A DNA stretch of 63,973 nt, filler included, from Licmophora abbreviata (taxonomy: Eukaryota): assembly GCA_900291995.1 (NCBI GenBank). It is 18 parts of 18 records of this genome, joined end to end, with 100 filler letters (N's around TTAATTAATTAA, not from the genome) between each part and the next. Parts side by side here need not be neighbours in the genome. Positions count along the whole stretch, not along the records: positions 21,458 to 23,965 come from OLMU01003542.1; positions 24,066 to 29,405 come from OLMU01003544.1; positions 29,506 to 33,407 come from OLMU01003547.1; positions 33,508 to 35,091 come from OLMU01003548.1; 14 more parts are not named here. The stretch is one strand, 5' to 3'. Within the stretch, counting starts at the first letter, position 1. Each line of letters opens with the position of its first letter. Under the pieces are notes generated by a model that was not told the origin of the DNA, did not search any database, and saw nothing but the letters and a program-made list of their open reading frames with translations. The translations under genes were made by a program, and so were the position numbers. This document shows, one piece after another, positions 23,011 to 34,958 of the stretch.

Positions 23011-23584
23011 GTAGCAGTATAGCCAAAGTGAGCCGCTTACGGTGCTTGCTTGGTAGCTTGCGGACAAGCAAGAGGTGGCAAGTTGTGTGTTGCATTCATT
23101 GTGTGATGATCGTCACGGAAGATGGGTTCACAGCGTGAGGCGATGATGACGATAGCTTAAGTATCAAAACATGTAACAATAGAGATAGCTAGCTATAACG
23201 AACTGGCTTCGCGCCTACTCCTCTCTATCCGTGTGTTCCGTTTACGTCGTTTGAGAACAAGTTACTACATCGCAGACTATGCGAGGTACGAACATTGCTT
23301 GCTAAATATTTCGCACCACCCAAGACCGAAAAAGCGCGAGCCGATCTTCTCACGTCATCTCAAAAGAGGAGAGGAGTTGGGCGCGGACGGTACGCCGCGA
23401 GACGTAGCTCGACTCACTCACCAAGTCGCGGGATGACGACACAAGGTGAACCACAGCACGGCAGCATCGTTCTACAGCATATAGCTTTCTATGCCTTTAT
23501 AAGAAAAAGAGCACAGCAAACCAGCTGCGTGCTCTCTCTTTCGCTTCTAGAGCATCGTCATGTCCAGAACGGCGACCAAGAATC

Positions 23585-23965
23585 ATGGAGGAAATACGAA
23601 AGCGACTGAGTAAGGGGGAAATTCGACGAAACGAGCATCTCACAATGGTGGAGTCTGCTCCCGAAAGAATGACGCCCTCCGACAGTTCCCAAGACGACGT
23701 GAACCAGACTGCTCAAAATATGAAGAAGGCAACCCTGAACGGACAGCCAGCTGTCGAGGTGGTCTTTTCGAGGCAGAAACGAACTACTGGCGCGCCATCG
23801 ACGGACGCCAACCCTGCTGCCCTCGTGCCGAATATCTTTCTACAGCACCGATCTGGCATGGAAGCGACGAGAAAACAGTACCAGAAAACTGATATGGCAG
23901 TAGATCAAGCAGTTCGCTCCACAGGAGCGAGATCTTTGGAGAACAGTAGCGGCTTAGTGTCGGCG
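23585..23965 (+). CDS. 5' fragment of a hypothetical protein (runs into spacer; may continue as 24066-25826)
   Basis: Open frame to the gap on the same strand as the next ORF; upstream TATAA-like sequence. Confidence 0.4.
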
Positions 23966-24065
23966 NNNNNNNNNNNNNNNNNNNNNNNNNNNNNNNNNNN
24001 NNNNNNNNNTTAATTAATTAANNNNNNNNNNNNNNNNNNNNNNNNNNNNNNNNNNNNNNNNNNNN

Positions 24066-25826
24066 TTGAGACCATCTTTATCGCAGGACGAACGACTCGC
24101 GTGGGAAGTGGCTAGGCAGCTCGAATCAGAGGATCTGAAGCATCTCGAAGAAACACTAACGAGAGATCAACAGTTGGCCTTGGAGTTATCGCAGCACGAG
24201 CTGGATGAAGAGTTAGCGTTGGAGCTGTCCAAACAGGCAAGAGACGAGGAGTTGGCGTTGGAATTGTCGAAGAAGGACCAAGCCGATAGCGAGGCATTGG
24301 CGTTGAAGTTGTCGGAACCAGTCAGGAACGATGACCAATTAGACTTGCTGGAGCGCATTCGTCGAGAACAGGATGCTCTTCGTACGGCAGGCGCTGTGCC
24401 AAAACAGATCGAGCCTCCGCCAGGACCTTCGCCAACGGAGGCCGTTGGAGCAGACATTCTCTTGTCGCAGCAGATTGCAATGGAAGAAATTCAGAAGAGT
24501 CAAAAGCGCCAACAGCCAGTGTCGTTGGAACAGAGATCACATCCGGCGCCACATGTCGAAATTGACGGCAGAGGGTCAGCGCAGATACCGAAGGTCAGAC
24601 ACGGTCTGGATAGTAGCCAGGCACATCGACCGCAAATGACGAGAATCGACCCTCCATATCCGTCAGCCGAAAGTTCCGACGGCGCTTATTTGGCGGGCGC
24701 TAGACCCGGTCGACCTTTGCAAGAGAGCAATACCGGGGGCGCGTCTGGTCCGCGGGACGCGCCACGAGCGTCGATTCCGTATGAAGTACCTCCTCTGGGA
24801 TTGCCAAGCCGTAGGCAGCAGCAGGATGGGCAAGCGCCTGTCATCCAACGTGATGATGGGGATCTGCCTCGCTTTCGTAGCTTCCGTGAGTATCAAGACC
24901 ACCCTGAAGGCGCCCCTGCAGAGTATCCTCGTAGCTCTGGCCGTTTTGGCGAAGGCGGGCCGCACGGAGACCGTCTCGTGGGAGCAGGCTTGCCGCCCGC
25001 GCGGGAAGGCTTATCACCCAGTAGGAGAACTGCAGCAGCAATGAATCATCGAAGGCAGGGCCTTCCTGTACGTCCGCCGCCGGACACCAGACCAGAGAGT
25101 TGGACACCTCGGTCGGATGGACATTTGCTAGCGCCGCGACAGGACCCGTTGATGGCCGGAAGGCGTTCAGGAGAGCCAATGTCGGAGAGAACTCTGGGTT
25201 TTCGTCAGAGAAAAGAACCTGCTCGGACTAGAGAAAGAGATCGTCGGCAACGTGAGCGTAATGGTGCCATTCCATCGCAGGTGGCCATTCCTATCCCTGG
25301 AAGTGGTGGTCGCCGAACGAATGACACCGCAGTATCTGTGGCTAGTGACCTGACCTCTATGGATGGTATTGGTCGCAATCGAAACCAGTATCGGCGACAA
25401 CGCAATCAGGACGATCTCAACATGGCAAATGAGTTCGATCACTTGGAATTGCTCCGAAGACCGCAACACGAGGAGGAACAGAGAGACACAAGGCCAGGCG
25501 AGCCACGAGAGGCTGCCGTGCACGTTTCAGAAGCGTATTATACTCCACATAATACCTTGGACACACGTCCCCCGCGACATCCTCCCGATGCGGTACTTCG
25601 AACACCATCGGATGAACAACGTGCTCTCATGCAGGTTGGGCAACGAGAGACTGCGAATGCGATTGAAATGGGACAGGCTCATGTAGTCCAGTGTCGAAAC
25701 TGTCGAGGACGTCTGAAAGCACCCATCGCGTATGCATTGGTCTTTTGCCCCAACTGCCATACTACTTCGCCGAACGAATCGTTGCATGAACAGCCTACGG
25801 GGAGGCCGGGTCGAGGACGGCGGTAA
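24066..25826 (+). CDS. Protein with UIM/MIU-like repeats and a C-terminal LSD1-type zinc ribbon (5' truncated)
   Basis: Repeats DERLAWEVA, DQQLALELS, DEELALELS x2, DSEALALKLS; C-terminal CRNCRGRLKAPIAYALVFCPNC. Confidence 0.65.
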   Translation: MRPSLSQDERLAWEVARQLESEDLKHLEETLTRDQQLALELSQHELDEELALELSKQARDEELALELSKKDQADSEALALKLSEPVRNDDQLDLLERIRREQDALRTAGAVPKQIEPPPGPSPTEAVGADILLSQQIAMEEIQKSQKRQQPVSLEQRSHPAPHVEIDGRGSAQIPKVRHGLDSSQAHRPQMTRIDPPYPSAESSDGAYLAGARPGRPLQESNTGGASGPRDAPRASIPYEVPPLGLPSRRQQQDGQAPVIQRDDGDLPRFRSFREYQDHPEGAPAEYPRSSGRFGEGGPHGDRLVGAGLPPAREGLSPSRRTAAAMNHRRQGLPVRPPPDTRPESWTPRSDGHLLAPRQDPLMAGRRSGEPMSERTLGFRQRKEPARTRERDRRQRERNGAIPSQVAIPIPGSGGRRTNDTAVSVASDLTSMDGIGRNRNQYRRQRNQDDLNMANEFDHLELLRRPQHEEEQRDTRPGEPREAAVHVSEAYYTPHNTLDTRPPRHPPDAVLRTPSDEQRALMQVGQRETANAIEMGQAHVVQCRNCRGRLKAPIAYALVFCPNCHTTSPNESLHEQPTGRPGRGRR

Positions 25827-25961
25827 TCAGTAAATAGTAGTTTCTTGCTTATTTATGTCGCATGCGCTGTGTAGCGTATCAGATTAAGTGAGTTAGTTGG
25901 GATGTGCAAACGGACCTACAATTTTTATGTCGACTTGGCGTTACTATAGTGTCGTAGTTGT

Positions 25962-26889
25962 TTAGTAGCCGTCGATGGGGTCCAACAAGAGTCCCGCCAC
26001 GAGAGCGCCGACGGCCAGCACACCAAAACCGACTGCGGCAATCAACGTGTTTCGCTGTTCCTCCGCCGTCTGGACTTCCACCAAACACTGACAGATATCG
26101 TTTTCCGACCCATCGTTGTCGCACTCCGAGATGCGGTAGACCCACCCTCCGGGGGCAATAGTGGTATCCAAATAGCGATAGACTCCTCCGTCGGTACCCT
26201 TGGACTGGAGCGGTCCCCAGTCTTCAAAGGACGCAATGACAGAAAAGTCTTCCGTCTTGGCAGGACGACGTTTGACAATGAACCCCTTGGTATTCTGCTC
26301 TGACATGGTCGCCCACTCCAGCTCGACACTCTCCTCATCCAGGACTTTGGCATTCAACCCCGTTCCACTGAGCTCCTGAAACGCACTGTCCAGATAGAGA
26401 GTCCCCGTAACTTGCTGTTCTTCTTCCTTACGCTTGCGACGCGCTTCCGCCTTTTCCTTCATGATTTTTCGAATGCGGTCCTCGTCGTCGTCCGAAATAT
26501 TCATCCAAGGAGCATACTGCTGACCATCGGCAGTCTTCAGTCGCGAGGCCTTGCGTGTCTTGGCCATCTCCTGCTGCACGAGAGCTTCGACTTCTTCGTC
26601 AAACGACATTTCGTCAGGGCTCTTGGTGGCGTCCTGCTCGGACATGAACAAGGCCACAACGCGGTGATGAGTCGTCGCTACTGATTTCGTAGTCGGGAGA
26701 CGAACGAGTGAGTGAGGGATGCGATTGTTTTCCAATAGAGTTAGTTCAAGGATCGAGTGAAGGGACATACGCACACGTACCTGGACGCAGCTTGGACATG
26801 ACAAAAGCCTTGTTTTGGGCTACAGGGGCAAAGGCGGCTACAGACGACGTTGCCAACGCCATCGCAGCGAGAGGGCAAAAGAACTTCAT
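25962..26889 (-). CDS. Plastid-targeted hypothetical membrane protein (FN3-like beta domain plus C-terminal TM)
   Basis: Exon 1 MKFFCPLAAMALATSSVAA/FAP (ASAFAP motif); phase-1 intron 26681-26780; LEWAT..E.NTKGF.V.R, Y.YLD...PG.WVYRISECD; C-terminal TM. Confidence 0.75.
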
Positions 26890-27247
26890 GATTTACAGTG
26901 AAACTAGCGTTCCCAGATACAATTCTATTCAGAAATGTGGCAGTGCTGCTGAGATTTCAACAAGAACGGCAATAACAACACTGATTTTATGATGAGACAT
27001 CATACGGATGATGCGGTGGAGTTTCAGGTTGAAAACACGCACTTCCCACAACTTTCCCGCCACACCACGCGATGACGTGGACGAAAGGAGACCCGGAAAG
27101 AATCTCTTCACGTTCCGATTTTATTCTCCGGGTTAGCCTATCAAAGTGTCTTGCGTCGTGTATTCGTCCCAACAGTCTAACAAACGTTCAAACGAAAGCT
27201 AACACGCTAACGCACACTCTACAAACACCGCTCGCGCTAATATAGTA

Positions 27248-27600
27248 TTACACATCCTCTGTTGCGTTCTCCGTCATGGATATAACATGAGCCAGCTTGT
27301 TCCTACTCTTGCCTTTGCAGCTGTGACCTTCGGAGCACTGTCCCTGCAAGTTGTCGTTCGCAATCTCCACCAAATTCGATCGAATGTACTGGTTGGTTTG
27401 CAGGACTGCTGCCTTAGAAATTTGAAAGGCCTCTTTGAGAATTTTCCATAGTTCTGCCTGTCGATCGGGGGAAAGCTCACTGTCCGGTATCGGCGAACCG
27501 CCCGCAACGAGATTCCCCATGCCCGCCGACGTGATCGTGCGAGATCGGATCGCGGATATCACCGAGTCATTCAGTACTTGAAGACACGACGACTTGGTAA

Positions 27601-27631
<31 letters not shown>

Positions 27632-29405
27632 GCTGTGAAGTGAGCAGTTGTTTTCCTTCATGTACTTTGCCAGTACGTTATGGGCGTAAATGGGAACGCT
27701 AGTAGTTCCAACATTGTATCCAATCGTCAACCCCGCTGTAGAACAACTCGACAAATTCGGGGGGGACCGAACATTCAGAATTCCTTCCCTTGGGTCGGCG
27801 GGTGTTACAGTAGCACTCAACGCAGCATGCCATTCAACAAGATTCTGTACACACCAGTACATCCATTGTTTGGCGGATTCAGACGATTGATCGAACACGG
27901 AAGCTGCGTCCTTTTGAATCTTGTCAATAAAGCCAGTGTTCAGACCATCGTCGGCATCCAATATAGTTTCCAACACTGGCACATCGTTCCTCCAATCGTA
28001 GGCGCGCTGCAATAACGTGCGATCCCCAGAATGGATGGAGTCGGGGTTCAGTTGTCTCAAGAGCTCTTCCCCCTCTTCACCGCCTCTCCATGAGCCTTCA
28101 AGACGGGCAAGTCTGTTGGTAAGCCGCTCATTGTAGTTGTTGAGAGAGTCGACGAGAAAGAAACGTGGGTGGGGCCGCAGTAAATCGACAAGTTCCGCAC
28201 GAGCACTTGCGTCCAAATTTGGATCCGACTTTATGATCCAAAGAAAGTTAGATGAGTTCTGATGAAGGATGGATGGGAAGCAGACTGACTTGAATTGCTC
28301 GAGTCGTGCTCGTGTCAAAAATCGCAAGTGCCCTTGGTGTTGCATAAATCGGGTGTGCACAATGTGTATAAGTTGTGGTAACAGAGCCGGTTCACCCATC
28401 ACGGATGTCTCTCCTTCAACGATATTCTTCAAGAGCTTCTTTGTGCTTGATTTACAAGAGTGAGAGGCTGTGCACTGTCCAGCGAGATTGTCCTTTGCTA
28501 TTTGAGCAAGATTCCGCTCAATGTAGTTTCCAACAAATACGGAAGCTTGTTTCGATATATTGAACTTCTCGTCCAACGCAAGCCAGAGTTCATCTTGACC
28601 GGGCGGGAGCATTTCCGCTGTGGTATTCAACCAGACATGTGACATTCCCGCACTGGTGGGAGTTCTTGGACGAATTGCTGCAATGGGCGCCAGATCACTC
28701 AGCAGTCGGACACATACTGTCGCGTTCGTGTCGATTGTAGATCCGCAGCCTCCTTGCTTTCTCACACCTTTGTACAATTTGTGGTGGGGATATCGTGGAA
28801 CCTCGCTCGTTCCAACATTGTACCCAACTGTTATTCCCGCCGAAACACAATATGCCTCATGACGTTCGACATTCAAGATACCTTCCCTAGGCAGATGCGT
28901 AGCATTATCGGAAGTGATCGCACCATGCCACTCGGCATGACTCTCCACACACCAGTACATCCAATCTTTTCGATCCGAACTCTGTTGACTTCTCTGATCT
29001 TTGAGCAGTTGAAACTCCGATAGGGCTTGTTCCTGTACAGTCTGAATGAAGTCTGTATGCAATCCGTCGTCCGCATCTAGCCGTGTTTCAAGTACAGCCA
29101 CGTCGTTTCGAATATCGTACGCATGTTTCAGTAATGTACGATTCCCCGAGTAAACTAACTCTGGTCCCAGTTGTTCCAACAGCTCTCGTCCCTCGACTCC
29201 ACTCCGCCAAGATCGATCGCCCTTGCACACTAGATTTTGTTGGTTGGATGCTGCCAAGAAGAAGTGTGGGTACGGTTTGAGCAAAGCAACGAGTTCCTCT
29301 CGGACCGACTCCTCCAAGTCTGGGTCTGTCTTTATGATCCACAGGAAGTTTGACGAGCTCTGATGAGTGAGCGATGGAAGACAAAATGTTTTAAACAGTT
29401 CTAGT
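27248..29405 (-). CDS. Putative glycosyltransferase (rhamnosyltransferase-like) with two tandem domain copies (5' truncated)
   Basis: Two ~330-aa repeats, each with F..CLPS..HQ.SSNFLWIIK.DP.L, LET.LDADDGL, W.YWC, AG.T.GYNVG, IR.RT.TSAGM and C...HSCK. Confidence 0.7.
27600..27631. repeat. (TTG)n microsatellite encoding poly-Asn
   Basis: About 10 tandem TGT/TTG units inside the CDS. Confidence 0.85.
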
Positions 29406-29834
29406 NNNNNNNNNNNNNNNNNNNNNNNNNNNNNNNNNNNNNNNNNNNNTTAATTAATTAANNNNNNNNNNNNNNNNNNNNNNNNNNNNNNNNNNNNNNN
29501 NNNNNCTAGAAAGGTACCGTACAGGCCTCTGTCCTAGCGTTAACAGCGATAGCGATACACCCGCCCAGACATCACACTGTGTCCATAGCCCCACTTCTCG
29601 TCAAGATGCCTGTCGCAAATGGATTTAGTTCCCCTTATGCTGGAAAGCCTAATCATTCAGGCTAGTATAGGACAATGGGATCTACCACGACAAACAATTG
29701 TAGCGAACTTAGATCTCTTCTAACAGAGGCGGCGCTCCCGCTGTGTTTTGCCTCCTTGAAAGCTCGTGACCAAAGATACCCAACTTGAACTTGTGATCGG
29801 AGGCGCACTTTTTTGCGGTGTTGGCGCTGCGACC

Positions 29835-30848
29835 ATGGCGAAGGCGGCACCGAGGATGATCACGAATCGCCGTCGCGGCTCACAACTGAGATGTGTTCTC
29901 TTGGCCTACTTCTTTTGCCTACAATCATGTGTGGCATTCACATTTGAAACAAGGCGGTGGCACGGACATCCTGGATTGACAACATCCAGGATATCTAGGT
30001 GCCGACCGCTGTGGGGGCATCGAGTCGAAGACGATGACTCAACTATCATATCGCCGTCGTCACGGCGACATCTATTGATCAACACAATCACGTCTTCGCT
30101 TATCATTGGATCGTCAACACTGATGCTTCCTACTGCCCCTGCACTCGCCGACGTCGATGCAACCTTGGCCGCTACAATCACCGACAAGATATATCTGGAT
30201 CTGAAACTAACCCCCGATAGTACTGTTCCGGAACGACTTGTAATTGGACTCTTCGGCAACGACAGTCCAGAGGCATCCCGTATTTTAAAGCAGCTCGTGT
30301 CGGTCAGTGGCTTACCCGCTCCCTGTAAGCCAAGGGTCGAAAGGCAGCTTCAAAGGGAGCAACTGGAGGCAAACAAGGTATACAATGCTTGCATCGAAAA
30401 CGAAAGCAAGGGCGTCAATTACGACCTAGGAACCGTTTGGAGAGTCGTCAAGGATGATCGGATCGACTTGGGCAGTGTCAGTGGCAAATATGTCTCGAGG
30501 GAGTTTGTCAATTGGACGGGTGACAACCAGTTGCGTCACGACAGTCTTGGCATCGTGTCGGTGCGGAAGGGCAACGAGAGTGGCTTTGGATTTACGATCA
30601 ACACCAATCCATCCGTCAATCAATCTCTTGATAAGACTCATTTAGTGGTGGGACGGGTGATAGAAAACATGGACTTGGTCAGGAGACTCAATGAGGTTCC
30701 TGTCGTTACCAGTGCCAAGCTGCCGTCGACATCTGACCAGCTGCCGCCGGCGCCATCTCGGTCGTGTCGATATGGCGGGTCGAGCTTGTACTGCAGTGAA
30801 TTCAAGCCATTGCAGAAAGCAAGTATCGTACAGAGCGGAGTGTTGTGA
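29835..30848 (+). CDS. Divergent cyclophilin-like protein, probably thylakoid lumen
   Basis: Signal peptide ending SCVA/F, transit region, SRRHLL plus hydrophobic stretch plus ALA (Tat-like); ITDKIYLD, RLVIGLFG, F.I, LDKTHLVVGRVIENMD. Confidence 0.72.
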   Translation: MAKAAPRMITNRRRGSQLRCVLLAYFFCLQSCVAFTFETRRWHGHPGLTTSRISRCRPLWGHRVEDDDSTIISPSSRRHLLINTITSSLIIGSSTLMLPTAPALADVDATLAATITDKIYLDLKLTPDSTVPERLVIGLFGNDSPEASRILKQLVSVSGLPAPCKPRVERQLQREQLEANKVYNACIENESKGVNYDLGTVWRVVKDDRIDLGSVSGKYVSREFVNWTGDNQLRHDSLGIVSVRKGNESGFGFTINTNPSVNQSLDKTHLVVGRVIENMDLVRRLNEVPVVTSAKLPSTSDQLPPAPSRSCRYGGSSLYCSEFKPLQKASIVQSGVL

Positions 30849-31412
30849 GGCAGAGGCGAATGCAGCTTACAGACGTCATCTCGTAGTCGCAGCTATTGCT
30901 AACTAGTCGAGTAAGTCATGCTATCGGTGGGGCAGCAAAAGGAGTCTTCTGGTCGTTCCTCCCATTCCATTGCCATCAATCATAGTCGGATATATTTTCA
31001 GTGCACTGCATCAGTATCAGGTATCATACTTGAAGTCAGTGGGGGTAAAATGTAGCTTCTTCGAATGAAATCAATTCAAGTAATCTTAAATCAGGGTCTG
31101 CAGTCTTCGGCTCTCAGGAACTCCGGAGAATGTTGAAGAGGACATCAAAAGAACAAGTTTTGATGCTTTTTCAATCACTGTACTTAACGCTCCGACATCA
31201 GTTCATCCGACGGACTCGGAGAAACAAACGTTCTGAAACTACGATCACACGCATGACAGAAAGCACACCATCGACCGGACTGTGTCACAACGACGCCGTC
31301 CTTCTGTTCATCGACATCAAACGACTATCGCAGCGACACGCAAGACCCCAAGGACCGGGCCACCTCCCTGAGCACTGAAAAGCAATCGCTTCGTCCCGTA
31401 CCCCATCAAATA

Positions 31413-32728
31413 ATGAAGCCAACCAATCGAGCATATGTCGTCCCCTCGAGGGAGCTCTATTCCCGTATTACAGCGGTGACGAGTAGGTTCCCCAGGCATC
31501 AAGACCAGACGACAAAACACGGTCTTCATTCCACCCGCAGATACACTTCCGTCGAGCAAGGCTCATCCCCTTTCAACCATCGTTATTCCGAGGTATGTCA
31601 TGACTATCACGACTTCGCTGCTGAGACCGATTCCATCAATGACTCTGCTGATGGGCAAACCCGAGTCCACCATCGCCATGGTCACCCCGGGGGTGTAAAG
31701 ATACCGTTTCCAGAAAAGCTCCACATGATGCTCACAAGCGTCGAAGAAGACGGCCTGGCACACATTGTGTCGTGGCAGCCCCATGGACGGTGCTTTCTAG
31801 TCCACAAACCGATGCTCTTCGTCGAGCTCGTAGTTCAACGCTACTTTCGACAGAGCAAGATCACTTCCTTTCAGCGCCAGTTGAATCTTTATGGATTTCG
31901 TCGTCTCACAGGACCCGGGAATGACCACGGTGCTTATGTAAGTATGCAGTGAATACGAAAGCTCGGCAATCTATCGTGAAGGGCGGTACAGTCTATACTC
32001 ACCTGTCAACGCTTCCACGTCTCTCGCTTTAGTACCACGAGCTGTTCCTGCGTGGCAAAGGATTTCTTTGTGAACGAATGTTCCGCACCCGCGTTAAGGG
32101 GATGGGCTACAAGAAAGGATCCACCCCAGAAGAAGAACCTGACTTTTATGCGATGCCGTCGGTGGAAGACGTGATGAATCTCGCGACCGACATCAGGAGT
32201 GTATCCTCTTCTGATAACGAGAAGGATGACGAACGCGATGCCACGTTTCACACCATGACTAGCCCACGTGTGATCCTCAGCACAAGCAGACCGGCTCCAC
32301 CGCCTCCCCCCGATCTTGCTTTGTCGTTTGACGATGTCCCCGAAGAGGTTACCGCGGACTTGGTCAAGAGGCTCAGCGACGCATCAGTAAATGCAGTGGG
32401 TGCAGCCTCTCAGGGTCTCGGTAAAATTGACAAGTCCTTCGAAAAGCACTCGTCTTTCCACACCACTAATCAGACGAAGGATACCGCGCCGGGTTTCAAG
32501 TTCGAATTTGAGCGACCCCGTTCGCCAATACGGAAGCTTGTGACTCCTCCCAGCAGTCCACCTACGTCTCAGCCCACCGTGTCCTTGGAAGGCTCCCTCT
32601 TTCCGACCTTTTGCCTAGACGACCCCGGACCACTGTTGTTTGAGGGACAACCATTTCATTACCTAGACTCTTCGTCATATGACGTTGCAATTGACTTTCT
32701 TGCTGAGATGGACGGAGACTTTTTGTGA
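31413..32728 (+). CDS. Heat-shock factor (HSF-type DNA-binding) transcription factor
   Basis: PFPEKLHMML...IVSWQPHGRCFLVH...YFRQSKITSFQRQLNLYGFRR...GAY|YHELFLRG; intron 31938-32032. Confidence 0.93.
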
Positions 32729-32852
32729 TCTTGATCGATCTGCTTGCGCAGAAAAGGTGCAAAGCAGAGCGAGCACACACGGCACCTCACAAAACTGATC
32801 CTGCCTGTCAAGTATCTAATGATATCACGTTAAGAGCTTTAAAGAATATGTT

Positions 32853-34546
32853 CTAAGTCCGCTTGACCTTCCCATGATTCTTTCGTCGTCTCGGCGCAAG
32901 TACAACAACGAGCAATACTGCCCCCAGCGTCAGTATCGATAGTAGCGTTGCGATCCCGATTCTCGCGTAGGGTAGTAGATGCCCATCGACACAAGGTGCC
33001 ACACGTGCCAGTTCTTCTTCAGTCAAGGCTTCCATGGCATCGATGCCTCTCCAATCCGTCGACAAAACCACACTCTTTTCTTCATTGTACACTTGAATTC
33101 GCCACGCCCGTGTAGTCCAGTCAACGTGCAATCCTCCAAAGTTAATTCCCACATAGTAGTTCGAGCTTCTTGCATCAGTGTTGTTCTTGATGTTCTTGTT
33201 AGCTCGACGATGCCCATGAAAGGTTTGCAAGAGTGGTTCGCAAACAACACCGTAGAATGGCTTTTGACACGAGTGTGTCAACCCGCTGCTGGTAATTTCC
33301 AAAAATGATTGCTTATGCTGGATGCTGTTGTTGTTGAGGATGGACGCTGCCGCCAAGGGATCCAACACTTCGGCATGATGAACATCACCACTCAAAACGA
33401 CAATCGANNNNNNNNNNNNNNNNNNNNNNNNNNNNNNNNNNNNNNNNNNNNTTAATTAATTAANNNNNNNNNNNNNNNNNNNNNNNNNNNNNNNNNNNNN
33501 NNNNNNNATTGTTGATTTCCCAATAAAGAAGAAGAATCACTGCTACTGCTTGTAGCGGTACACCACTTCATACCTGCGGTCAACCATCGAGTGAGACACG
33601 AGATACCGGTCCCGAAGAGTGGTACAGTGGATGCAATGGAGGGAATACAGTGCGCTTGTCGATTCCATCGTGTATCGAGCAAGAGCAGTAACGTCTTATT
33701 GGGAAAGCTTCCGAACTCCACAGAATGATACAAGCCAGGCCGGTCATGATGTTGATCCAAAACGATGCTATCGCTGTTGTTGTTGTAGCCCAAGAAGTAT
33801 TCGAGAAAGAGTCGTCGTCTGTCCTCCTTGTCGGGCATTTCGACTCCTAAATCGTTGCCACCATAGTCATGATCGTCCCAAGTACCAAAGACGCGTTGTG
33901 TTGAAGTAGTCGACGGAAATGCATTCTGGAGAAACTGTCGATAGCCAAGACTCTCATTTTGCAGCAACTGTCGATACTCCTCTTGTAATTCCGCCACAGA
34001 CGCCACTCCTCGTGATGGCGGATACACGGCGTCTCCTGTCCACACAAAGGCGTCTAATGGAGTGTCGCTGTTGACGTCTTGGATGGTCTTCCAGATGCTG
34101 CTGTTAGTCTTGCTGCTACTAGCTGCATACTTGCGCTTATGACAGGAACCAAAGGCCAAATTGGAAATGGAATGGGGAAGCGAAATATCCGAAGACGACG
34201 ACGATGAGGAACAGGACCACGCCATCAGAACCAACCATCCACCGACGAGTAGCGACCGTTGGATCATCATTGTCATATGCCAAGGACGAGATTCTTGATA
34301 ATATAGGAGCGCGTCGTCGTCGTTGTTATTGTCGTCCTCTCTCGAAGTTTGTGGTCGTGTCGCGTCGTCGTCATTGGTCTGACGCGAGGTTTGAGCTCCT
34401 GTACTATCGCGGGTGGCGCCGTCATCGGCGTCGCTTCGTCCCATGGAACGAGGTGCTCTTGATAGATAGACCTGACTGTCTACCGGTATTGCAGTTGGGT
34501 CACGTGCCTTTGAGCATGAAACTTGCATGCGCATCGTATTGACCAT
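32853..34546 (-). CDS. phoD: PhoD-family alkaline phosphatase with C-terminal TM anchor (interrupted by spacer 33408-33507)
   Basis: LAFGSCH, WTGDAVY, WDDHDYG, LLDTR, SLLGNQQ, then after the gap LSGDVHHAE, EITSSGLTHS, NFG; start uncertain (34276, 34444 or 34546). Confidence 0.88.
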
Positions 34547-34656
34547 TGCTTAAAACATACATTCCTTTCTCTACTACAAGGTAGAGAGAGAGAGCTAGCT
34601 ACGAAGTTAATCTGTAGTAATTCGAACAGAGAAGTCTTACTATTGAAAGAGAAAAA

Positions 34657-34958
34657 TTAGGCAGCGACGGCTTCCAGCTGATCCACCCTCGCGGCCTTGG
34701 CAAGGTAGTCCTCCGGCATGACAGAAGAATGGTGGTAAGAGACCTTCTATTCGCCATCTTCAAAGCCGTAAACGAAACTGTACCGGGCCTTGACCTTGTC
34801 GCCCGTGGATCCCATGGTGAACTTTAAGATACAGACATCCTGGCACCAGTCACCTCCCTTGGTGACATACGACTCCAAGATGGTTCCCTGGAGTTTCTTC
34901 TCCAAAAAGTCAACAAAGTAAGACTTGATTCCTGCGTAGTCGGAGCGGGGGGTGTCGC
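34657..34958 (-). pseudogene. 5'-truncated iota-class carbonic anhydrase (LCIP63/COG4875 domain) fragment with premature stop
   Basis: Reads DTPRSDYAGIKSYFVDFL.KKLQG.ILES...WCQDV...FTMGSTGDKVKARYSFVY..EDGE*KVSYHHSSVMPE; Trp replaced by TAG at 34747-34749 and HHHSS altered to YHHSS. Confidence 0.8.

Noticed and set aside
16321..34958. Bestrophins plus iota-CA fragment as a CO2-concentrating-mechanism gene cluster
   Set aside because: They are separated by several spacers without proven linkage, the bestrophins lack plastid presequences, and the CA is a pseudogene.
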